Shown here in pieces: positions 39,509 to 47,553 of a stretch of 64,000 nt of DNA. The notes below the pieces were generated by a model that was given only the letters and a program-made list of their open reading frames with translations, was not told the origin of the DNA and did not search any database. The stretch's first letter is position 1, and each line of letters starts with the position of its first letter. Location: positions 1 to 64,000 of IMG/VR virus record IMGVR_UViG_3300011113_000253. One strand, written 5' to 3'. Origin of the DNA: a virus. Lineage: Duplodnaviria; Caudoviricetes. The translations under genes were made by a program, and so were the position numbers.

Positions 39509-40506
39509 GTTTACCTTTACCAGAATTAACTTTTTATAGAATGCCAGATATTACATTTTCTGGTTCTAACATACAACAAATGTTGACAAATTTATTAACC
39601 TCTTTGACAAGTACGGTTGACTATAGGGGAACAGCAATTCCTTCAACGCATTTATGGACTTGGGCAACTGGATCAACATCTGGTAGTATTTCTTCAATTT
39701 ATAATACCGCTGTTCCAACTGGCACTACAATGACACAAAATCCAACAATTATTTATGCTGGATTTACTGGTTCTGCTACACCAAAAACTGGTACAATTGA
39801 TACTTATGCATCACAAAGTTTATACGTTGGTGTTAACATAAATGGTACAACTTATACAGATTGGACAAATAATTTGCCAATGACAGCAGGTTCTTTTTTA
39901 GGTTACTCAAGAGTAGCCCCATCGGCGGTAACGATAGGAACCAGTACAATAATTAGAAATTATGTTTCTCAAGAAGTTGTTGTAACTGTTTTAAGAGCTA
40001 CTACATCTTCAAAATATGTTTCAATTGCTGGTGCTATTTATGAACCACACAATAGTTATTCAAGTAGTGCTGGTGGTACAAGAACAGCAGAACCAGATGA
40101 TAGAATTTATGGTCTAACAACAACTGGAACAACTGCATTAGCGACAACATTTTTATCAGCAGTAAATACAGGATTTTTATACAATCGTAGTAACGCATTC
40201 CTGCCAACAACATCCACAGTTATGCTTGTTGCAAGAGCTAGTACACATTTAGTTAACTCTTCATTTTACTCTCAAGATTTAACTGGTAAATATGTGTTTG
40301 ATAAAAATAGAGTTATGAGATCTGGTCATGGTGGTGGTAATGCAGCACTTGGACATTATAGAGAAATTTATCCTGCAACTGGTATCATGATAAACAACAT
40401 GAGGGGTGTCATACGTGACGAAGGTGTAGATAAGTTTCACATAATCACAGCAGACGAAGCACAGAATAACGTTTATTCAACTCTTGCATTGAAGGCAGCA
40501 CCATGA
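39505..40506 (+). CDS. tandem paralog 2
   Basis: Same conserved blocks; ATGA overlap. Confidence 0.6.
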   Translation: MSLPLPELTFYRMPDITFSGSNIQQMLTNLLTSLTSTVDYRGTAIPSTHLWTWATGSTSGSISSIYNTAVPTGTTMTQNPTIIYAGFTGSATPKTGTIDTYASQSLYVGVNINGTTYTDWTNNLPMTAGSFLGYSRVAPSAVTIGTSTIIRNYVSQEVVVTVLRATTSSKYVSIAGAIYEPHNSYSSSAGGTRTAEPDDRIYGLTTTGTTALATTFLSAVNTGFLYNRSNAFLPTTSTVMLVARASTHLVNSSFYSQDLTGKYVFDKNRVMRSGHGGGNAALGHYREIYPATGIMINNMRGVIRDEGVDKFHIITADEAQNNVYSTLALKAAP

Positions 40507-41549
40507 CAAATTATGAGATAACACCATTACCAGATTTAACTTATTACAGATTACCAGATGCATCACCAACTGCTGCAACTATTGATAAATTTTTAGATGC
40601 TATTTATGGGTCTTTAATTTCAACAACAGACTATAGAGGAACTACAATACCCTCTTCGCACACTTGGACTTGGAATAGATTTAGAAGTGCTACAAACATA
40701 ACAGAAGCAGTTTACAATACAGCAGTTCCAAGTACAGCATCGCTTACAAAAAATCCAACATTTATTTTTGCTGGTTCTTCAAGTGCGCCCGCTTCTGGTC
40801 CTACTATGTTAGCTCCAGATACTTCTTTTACACTTAATTATGGTCACGTTGGAATGGTGTTAAATCCTGGTGCTTATTCAAGTTGGTCAAGCACTACACC
40901 AATGACAAGTGGTAGTTTTTCTGGCTATTGGTATTTAGCTCCAAACACAATAAATATTACAACAGCAGTAGTAAGACCATTTGTGTCACAAGAAAATGTA
41001 TTCTTACAAATGTTTTTAAACAATACATTGCAATACTGGTGTCATATTGGTGCTATTTTTCAACCAATTGCATCATACGAAGATACCAAGCATCAATACA
41101 TAGCATCGGCAGAATCAGATAATAGATTGTATGGTATTTCAACATTAGGTGCAACTATAGGTACTGGCCTTGGGAATACACACTTAAGACAATCAAATTT
41201 TTATCTTTATCAAGGTGCTTTATCAATTTCTCAAGCTCATTGTGGTTATTTTATACCAGGAACATCAACTTTTACAAATGGTGTAAGAAGACATTATTCT
41301 CACGGTGGTCCACAACTATTTGAGAACATTGATGTTAATGATAATTATTTCTTTGAAAAGATGTACATAACAAGAAATAACTCTTCATTAGGTCAGTATA
41401 CAGTTGGGTACAGTAGAGAAACTTATGGTTTTGGTGTAGCACAAGCTGGATTAAAAACAATTAGATCTGGTTCTACAGACTTATACCACATTTTATCTTC
41501 CGACGAAACAACAGCAGCAGAAGCTATTGCTTTAAAGGCGGCTCCATAA
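40503..41549 (+). CDS. tandem paralog 3
   Basis: Same conserved blocks; ATGA overlap. Confidence 0.6.
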   Translation: MTNYEITPLPDLTYYRLPDASPTAATIDKFLDAIYGSLISTTDYRGTTIPSSHTWTWNRFRSATNITEAVYNTAVPSTASLTKNPTFIFAGSSSAPASGPTMLAPDTSFTLNYGHVGMVLNPGAYSSWSSTTPMTSGSFSGYWYLAPNTINITTAVVRPFVSQENVFLQMFLNNTLQYWCHIGAIFQPIASYEDTKHQYIASAESDNRLYGISTLGATIGTGLGNTHLRQSNFYLYQGALSISQAHCGYFIPGTSTFTNGVRRHYSHGGPQLFENIDVNDNYFFEKMYITRNNSSLGQYTVGYSRETYGFGVAQAGLKTIRSGSTDLYHILSSDETTAAEAIALKAAP

Positions 41550-41773
41550 TGACAATTAGAGATTGTGTAATTCAATTATTAGAAAGTAATAATGATATAA
41601 GTTTAGTAAAAATAACTAATTGGTTTAATTATCAAGAACCTACACTTTATATAAATGATAATAAAATAATAAACATTCAATTTTATGAATGTGTAGATCC
41701 TGGTGTTGTAGAATTTTATAACTCAAACAATCAATTAATCACAAAAGTTAAAGGTTTTTTTAGTGTTGAATAA
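41549..41773 (+). CDS. small hypothetical protein (possible fibre chaperone)
   Basis: 74 aa, coupled to paralog 3. Confidence 0.45.
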   Translation: MTIRDCVIQLLESNNDISLVKITNWFNYQEPTLYINDNKIINIQFYECVDPGVVEFYNSNNQLITKVKGFFSVE

Positions 41774-41800
41774 ATAATTAGTATTTTCTATTTTTACACA

Positions 41801-41808
41801 CTATTTAA
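41801..41808 (+). promoter_or_regulatory. putative late promoter (CTATTTAA)
   Basis: Intergenic, ahead of the scaffold-MCP pair; GGAG RBS follows. Confidence 0.6.
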
Positions 41809-41843
41809 GTATGATTAACTATTAGAAATTGGAGAACAATTTA

Positions 41844-42923
41844 ATGTCTTCTTTGTTAGAACAAGCAATTATTGATGCAACTGCACTTAAAGAAGCCGCA
41901 CTTAAAAATGCAGAGGCTCAAGTTTTAGAAAAATACTCAACAGATGTAAAAGAAGCTTTAAGAAGTCTTTTAGAGCAAGAAGAAGGATTTACTGAACCAT
42001 CTGCTGCGGAAGCATCTGGTGTTGGTACATCTGCTGCTGGAATGGGTGGTGATCAACCTATGGGTGGTGGTGCTAATGTAAGAAATCAAAGCCCATCAGC
42101 TTTTAGAGATGGTCAAAAATTATGTGCTTGCCCAGAAGACAAAGAACAAGTAACAATTGATTTAAATCTTTCTGACATTGAAGATATGGCTAGTGAAGCT
42201 GGAGTGCCAATAGGTGGTAAAACACCAACCAGTTTAGGGCCAACCCCAGGTCCAGAACCAGTAGCACTTCAAGAAGAATACGAAGTTGATAAAGACGAAC
42301 TTCTTGACCTTTATGAAAAACTTACAGTTGATGCAAGAAACGTTCCATACGGTAACATTGAATACCCTGCTAATTCACTTGAAGTAGAATACGCAAAAGA
42401 CGTATCACTTGCAAAAAAAGCCCAACTTGCATCGGAAGAAAAAGCCGCAGAAGTTGGCGAAGAAAACAAAAAACTTACAAAAGAAAATAAATTATTAGCA
42501 AGAAAACTAGATTCAGTCGAAGGTAAACTTGCTAAAATTTCTGAAATTGCTGAAGCACTTGCAAACAGAGTTGAAGAGTACGAATCAGCAGTTTCAACAC
42601 TTAAAGAGAGGCTTGAATCTTTAACAGTTTCAAATGCCAAACTTTTATACAAAAATAAAGTATTGAATAGTAACTCCTTGAATGAGCGACAAAAAAATAA
42701 GATTGTCGAAGCACTATCCAATGCAAATACAGCCGATGAAGCAAAAACAATCTACCAAACACTTCAAAGCACCGTGGCGGGCAATGACAAAGTTACTGCT
42801 CCAAAATCACTAAGCGAAGCAATTAATAGAACTTCATCAATAATCATGCAAACCAGAAATAACGATGCAACCCCTCCAGTAATAGAGAGAATGCAAAGAT
42901 TAGCTGGTATTAAAAATAAATAA
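41844..42923 (+). CDS. prohead scaffold/core protein (gp22-like)
   Basis: Acidic coiled coil directly upstream of MCP; NAKLLYKN; C-terminal ERMQRLAGIK; many LxE sites. Confidence 0.75.
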   Translation: MSSLLEQAIIDATALKEAALKNAEAQVLEKYSTDVKEALRSLLEQEEGFTEPSAAEASGVGTSAAGMGGDQPMGGGANVRNQSPSAFRDGQKLCACPEDKEQVTIDLNLSDIEDMASEAGVPIGGKTPTSLGPTPGPEPVALQEEYEVDKDELLDLYEKLTVDARNVPYGNIEYPANSLEVEYAKDVSLAKKAQLASEEKAAEVGEENKKLTKENKLLARKLDSVEGKLAKISEIAEALANRVEEYESAVSTLKERLESLTVSNAKLLYKNKVLNSNSLNERQKNKIVEALSNANTADEAKTIYQTLQSTVAGNDKVTAPKSLSEAINRTSSIIMQTRNNDATPPVIERMQRLAGIKNK

Positions 42924-42941
42924 CATTTAAGGAGTTATACT

Positions 42942-44705
42942 ATGTCTATTATTGAAAAATTGACAGAGGGTATGGTACAAAGAGATCTTCAAGCAGAAGG
43001 CTCAGCCCTCTTAGGTAAATGGGAAAAAACAGGTCTTCTTGAAGGTCTTTCTAACGAGAGAACCAAACACACAATGGCAAGACTTCTCGAAAATCAAGCT
43101 AAAGAGCTTCTTCGTGAGTCTAACACAATGGCATCTGGTGACGTAGAAGGTTTCGCAGCAGTTGCATTCCCAATCGTTCGCAGAGTATTTGCTGGTCTTA
43201 TCGCCAATGATTTAGTCTCCGTACAACCAATGAGCCTTCCATCTGGTCTTATCTTCTTCCTTGATTTCAAGGTTTCAGATACTGCTGGTGCCCCAAGACT
43301 TGGCTACGGAACAAATGATTCACTCTACGGTGGTGGTGTTCTTGGTCAACAAATCACAGGCGGTGTAAGCTTAACTGGTTTAAATGCTGAGAAAGCTTTT
43401 TACAACATGAATAATGGTTACAGTTCACCAACAGGTTCATACACAAGCCCAACATTCGTCGCTCTTGCTTCTGGTGTCTTTGGTGACGGAACACTTGATT
43501 CATGGGTACGTTATGACGCTGACTTCCTTTCTGGTGCATCTGGAACAGGTACTGCATTAGTACTAGTATCAGCAAGTTTGGCTTCCCTTACAAACTTTAA
43601 CAAAAAAGATTTTGTTGCTGTTTCTTTAAGTGGTTCAACACCAAACTTAACTGGTTCTAACAACTCAACTCTTGTCAGAAGACTTACAAGACTTGGTGAC
43701 GGAACAGTAGTCGGTTCCCACACAACCTCAGCAGATGCAGTATACTTTGTATTTGCTGGTGCTGCTGGTAAAACTGCTGCTAACGTTTCAACAGACGTAA
43801 CTGCTGCTGGAACTTCACCAGTACTTAGTTTCCCAATTATTGATCCATTTGGTACATCAGTAGCTGCTGGTTCAACCAACGCTCTTGGTGCTATTGCTGG
43901 TACATCAACTTGGGGTCTTGAAGGTAATGCAAATATCCCAGAAATCGATATCAAAGTCGATTCAATCAGCATCACCGCTGTAACCAAGAAACTCAAAGCA
44001 AAATGGACACCAGAACTTGGTCAAGACCTTAATGCTTACCACAATCTTGATGCAGAAGTTGAGCTTACCTCAATTCTTTCTGAACAAATTGGTCTTGAAA
44101 TTGACAGAGAAATTCTTGAAGATCTTATCAAAGGTGCTACCGCTGGTACATTCTACTGGTCAAGATCCCCAGGTCTTTTCGTCAACAGAACCACAGGTGT
44201 TGAGATTGGTGCATCAGCTAAAGCTCCAGACTTCACAGGTACTGTAAGTGCATGGTACGAAACCCTCATTGAAACAATCAATGACGTTTCAGCCCAAATC
44301 CACAGAAAGACCCTCCGTGGCGGTGCTAACTTCATCGTATGTGGTCCAGAAACCGCAAACATTCTTGAGTTCACATCTGGCTTCAGAGCTAAAGTAACTC
44401 ACGAAGACGAGAAAGGTGAAATTGGCGCAGTTAACGTTGGTTCAATCTCCAAGAAGTTTGATGTATACGTTGATCCATACTTCCTCCGTAACGTAATCCT
44501 CGTTGGTCGTAAGGGTTCCAGCTTCCTTGAATCTGGTTACGTTTACGCACCATACGTACCACTACAAGTCACTCCTACCATCTTTGGTACTGAGGACTTT
44601 GTTCCACGCAAAGGCGTAATGACCCGTTACGCTAAGAAAATGGTTAAACCAGACCTTTACGGCTTGGTAATCATTCGTGGCCTCCTTGGTGAAAGCGGAG
44701 CTTGA
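42942..44705 (+). CDS. major capsid protein (T4 gp23-like)
   Basis: KWEKTGLLEG, LLENQ, VQPMSLPSGLIFFLD, KLKAKWTPELGQDL, EIDREI, YAPYVPL and GVMTRYA; high-expression codon usage. Confidence 0.95.
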   Translation: MSIIEKLTEGMVQRDLQAEGSALLGKWEKTGLLEGLSNERTKHTMARLLENQAKELLRESNTMASGDVEGFAAVAFPIVRRVFAGLIANDLVSVQPMSLPSGLIFFLDFKVSDTAGAPRLGYGTNDSLYGGGVLGQQITGGVSLTGLNAEKAFYNMNNGYSSPTGSYTSPTFVALASGVFGDGTLDSWVRYDADFLSGASGTGTALVLVSASLASLTNFNKKDFVAVSLSGSTPNLTGSNNSTLVRRLTRLGDGTVVGSHTTSADAVYFVFAGAAGKTAANVSTDVTAAGTSPVLSFPIIDPFGTSVAAGSTNALGAIAGTSTWGLEGNANIPEIDIKVDSISITAVTKKLKAKWTPELGQDLNAYHNLDAEVELTSILSEQIGLEIDREILEDLIKGATAGTFYWSRSPGLFVNRTTGVEIGASAKAPDFTGTVSAWYETLIETINDVSAQIHRKTLRGGANFIVCGPETANILEFTSGFRAKVTHEDEKGEIGAVNVGSISKKFDVYVDPYFLRNVILVGRKGSSFLESGYVYAPYVPLQVTPTIFGTEDFVPRKGVMTRYAKKMVKPDLYGLVIIRGLLGESGA

Positions 44706-44725
44706 TAAAGCAGCCTAATTAGGAA

Positions 44726-44769
44726 AAGAAAACCCCCCATTCTGAAAAGTTTGGGGGTTTTCTTGTTTT
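44726..44769 (+). terminator. intrinsic terminator after MCP
   Basis: AAGAAAACCCCC ... GGGGGTTTTCTT stem followed by a T-rich tract. Confidence 0.75.
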
Positions 44770-44773
44770 ATAA

Positions 44774-44783
44774 AACTATTTAT
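44774..44783 (+). promoter_or_regulatory. putative late promoter (AACTATTTAT)
   Basis: After the terminator; AGGAGG RBS and ATG 44815 follow. Confidence 0.6.
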
Positions 44784-44814
44784 TGTGTTGGTTAATTCCA
44801 AGGAGGGTATTTAA

Positions 44815-45231
44815 ATGGGTTCTAAATTTAGCGTAGCAAGAATGAGAAAAGAACTTGCTGCTCAAACAATGTCTAGTGTTGCAACATCTGGTGATACAAC
44901 TGTTGGTTCTGGTTTAATTTTATCAGATGTAGCTTCTGCCAATCTTGATGCTGCTGGTACAACAGTTAATGATGCAGTAGCTGTTTCAAACCATGTAACG
45001 AATGTTTCTGGTGCCGCTAACTCTGGTGTAAAATTACCAACTACTGCAACTTCTGGTGAAGTTTATATTTTATCTAACGTTGGTGCAGCTAACATTAAAG
45101 TTTATAGTACTGGTTCCGAAACTTTAAACGGTGTAGCTGCTGCTACTGGTCTTATTTTATCAGCTAGCACAGGTGCTGTAGCAGTTAAATCTGGTACAAC
45201 TAACTGGGCATTTATTTATTCTAGAGTATAG
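44815..45231 (+). CDS. putative capsid decoration/fibre protein
   Basis: Small A/S/T/G-rich beta protein after MCP (VKLPTTATSGEVYILSN). Confidence 0.5.
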   Translation: MGSKFSVARMRKELAAQTMSSVATSGDTTVGSGLILSDVASANLDAAGTTVNDAVAVSNHVTNVSGAANSGVKLPTTATSGEVYILSNVGAANIKVYSTGSETLNGVAAATGLILSASTGAVAVKSGTTNWAFIYSRV

Positions 45232-45249
45232 TTAGTTTCAAAACATAAG

Positions 45250-45280
45250 AACCCTCCTTTATGGGGGGTTTCTTTTATTT
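45250..45280 (+). terminator. intrinsic terminator
   Basis: AACCCTCC-TTTAT-GGGGGGTT followed by a T-rich tract. Confidence 0.7.
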
Positions 45281-45282
45281 AT

Positions 45283-45292
45283 AACTATTTAA
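45283..45292 (+). promoter_or_regulatory. putative late promoter (AACTATTTAA)
   Basis: After the terminator; GAGGAG RBS and ATG 45315 follow. Confidence 0.6.
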
Positions 45293-45314
45293 AGTATCGA
45301 GGAGTATTTATTGA

Positions 45315-46604
45315 ATGGCAGTTCCTGTTTTAACTCCAGCATCCACATTAAGTGCAGTTGTACTACCATCTTCTGGCAATCCAGCAGATGTTGCAGTAGC
45401 ACTACCTCTAGGAATTTATTCTTCTAATGGTGATTTTCTTTCTGGTGCTGCTGATCAAGTAGCGTTTGTTTATAAAAGACTTGGTGGCGACATATTAGAC
45501 ATTGAATTAACAACAGGAAATGTTTATGCAGCTTATGAAGAAGCAGTATTAGAATACTCTTACTTAGTTAATCTTCACCAATCAATCAACGCTCTTCCAA
45601 CAATGTTAGGTGCATCAACTGGTTCTTTTAACCAAGATGGTGAATTTAAAGCTGGTTCTGCTCTTGTTGGACAAAATCCAGAATTAGCTTATCCAAAGTA
45701 TAATTTACATTACTATACAAGATATGGTGATGCTTTTGCTACTGAAACTGGTATAGGCGGAACAGAACCAATTTATTCTGCATCTATACCAATAACAGCA
45801 GAAGTACAAGATTATGATTTACAAGCAATAATTGAATCTGCTTCGTTAAATAATTATGATGCAGCTAGTGGAAGCCCAGTTCCTTTCTCTGGTTCTGTAG
45901 GAAACAAAAGAGTTATAATAAGAAGAGTCTTTTATAAAACTCCAAATTCAATGTGGAGATTCTTTGGTTATTATGGTGGGTTAAATGCTATTGGTAATTT
46001 ATCTTCTTATGGACAGTATGCAGATGATAGCACATTTGAAGTAATTCCAACATGGCATAATAAGCTTCAAGCTATGGCATACGAGACAGCAATTTATACA
46101 CGTAATTCTCATTTTTCTTATGAGATTAAAAATAATAAAATAAGATTTTTTCCACAACCACCAGACATAGGTATAGATCATTATTGGGTAGAGTTTAGTA
46201 TTACAAATCAATCTAATCCTTGGGAAGTAACATCTGGCTCTGCTGAGGATACTGTTAATGGCGTAAACAACATTAACACACTTCCATTTGCAAACATACC
46301 TTATAATAGTATTAACTCAATGGGTAAACAATGGATACGTCGTTATGCTCTTGCGATTTGTAAAGAAATGCTAGGGCATGTAAGATCCAAGTTTAGTACA
46401 ATTCCAATACCTGGGGAATCAGTAACTTTAAATGGTCCTGCATTAATGAGCGAAGGCAAAGAAGAAAGAAAAGAACTTAAAGAAGAACTTAACAAAATTC
46501 TTGATCAAGTTACTTATCATAAACTTGCTGAAATTGATGGTAAAATGTCTGACGATATGCAGAAGCTAGGTCAAAAGATTCCAGTTCTTATTTATGCAGG
46601 TTAA
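45315..46604 (+). CDS. neck / head-tail adaptor protein (gp13-like)
   Basis: RLGGDILDIELT, WIRRYALAICKEMLG..RSKF..IPG..VTLNG. Confidence 0.75.
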   Translation: MAVPVLTPASTLSAVVLPSSGNPADVAVALPLGIYSSNGDFLSGAADQVAFVYKRLGGDILDIELTTGNVYAAYEEAVLEYSYLVNLHQSINALPTMLGASTGSFNQDGEFKAGSALVGQNPELAYPKYNLHYYTRYGDAFATETGIGGTEPIYSASIPITAEVQDYDLQAIIESASLNNYDAASGSPVPFSGSVGNKRVIIRRVFYKTPNSMWRFFGYYGGLNAIGNLSSYGQYADDSTFEVIPTWHNKLQAMAYETAIYTRNSHFSYEIKNNKIRFFPQPPDIGIDHYWVEFSITNQSNPWEVTSGSAEDTVNGVNNINTLPFANIPYNSINSMGKQWIRRYALAICKEMLGHVRSKFSTIPIPGESVTLNGPALMSEGKEERKELKEELNKILDQVTYHKLAEIDGKMSDDMQKLGQKIPVLIYAG

Positions 46605-46610
46605 CAATTA

Positions 46611-47483
46611 ATGGATACAAACTTACAAGAAATAACATTTCAATCTTCTACAATAGAAACAATAGATCTTGCTTTTTATAATTGGATAAATTATGAAATG
46701 AATTTGTTTGCAACTTATCCAGAAGGTTGGAAAAAAGTACCAGTTACATGGATTTCTGCTGAAAGAGCTTACCAGCTAAAAAATAACAAAGACATTCGCG
46801 ATTCATCTGGTATGGTTATTTATCCCATTATAACAATAGAAAGAAAAACTATAAACAAAGATCCTACAAAAACAGGATCTATACCAGCAAATTTGAGAGC
46901 GATCAATGATGAAAAGGGTGGTGTTATAACTATAGCTAGAAGAATTCAACAAGATAAAACATCAAATTTTCAAGATGCAGATAATAGAAAGTATAATAAA
47001 TCACCAAAATCAAACCCAGTATTTCCATTAAATTCTACAAATTATAAAGAAAATAACAAAATAGTTTATGAAACAATTACTATTCCTATACCAGTTCACG
47101 TTACAGTAAGCTATCAAATAACATTAAAATGCGATTATCAACAACAATTAAATGAATTAACAACTCCATTTTTTACTAAAAACGGAAATACAAGATACAT
47201 ACAATTACAACAAGATGGTCATAAATACGATGCATTTATTAAAGGAGATTTTCAATTCGATAATAATGCAGCACAATTAAACGAAGAACGTAAAACTTAT
47301 TCTGCTACAATTAACTTAGAAGTTATAGGTTATTTAATTGGTGATGATAAAAATCAAATAACTCCTAAAATGATTATAAGAGAAAATGCTGTTGAAGTTA
47401 AAATACCAAGAGAGAGAGTAATCTTTGGTGACATTCAAACATTTTTAAATACATCTAAAAATAAAACAAACTATAGAAGTTAA
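46611..47483 (+). CDS. tail terminator / sheath stabiliser (gp15-like)
   Basis: KVPVTWISAER, YPIITIER, IPIPVHVTVSYQI; lies between neck and sheath. Confidence 0.65.
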   Translation: MDTNLQEITFQSSTIETIDLAFYNWINYEMNLFATYPEGWKKVPVTWISAERAYQLKNNKDIRDSSGMVIYPIITIERKTINKDPTKTGSIPANLRAINDEKGGVITIARRIQQDKTSNFQDADNRKYNKSPKSNPVFPLNSTNYKENNKIVYETITIPIPVHVTVSYQITLKCDYQQQLNELTTPFFTKNGNTRYIQLQQDGHKYDAFIKGDFQFDNNAAQLNEERKTYSATINLEVIGYLIGDDKNQITPKMIIRENAVEVKIPRERVIFGDIQTFLNTSKNKTNYRS

Positions 47484-47503
47484 AGCCTTTTGCTGTTTAG
47501 TAG

Positions 47504-47512
47504 ACTATTTAT
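47504..47512 (+). promoter_or_regulatory. putative late promoter (ACTATTTAT)
   Basis: Intergenic, ahead of the sheath gene; GGGAG RBS. Confidence 0.6.
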
Positions 47513-47553
47513 TATTGATTAATAACATTTAATAAAAGCAGGGAGTCTAATAA

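Noticed and set aside
38516-41549. Diversity-generating retroelement template/variable repeats
   Set aside because: Differences between paralog ends are mostly synonymous and not adenine-specific, and there is no reverse transcriptase in the window.
28870-41843. Longer ORF-track starts at 28870, 29981, 36288, 37893 and 41829
   Set aside because: They run through terminator, promoter or RBS sequence. Downstream ATGs have an RBS or coupling and give the conserved N-termini.
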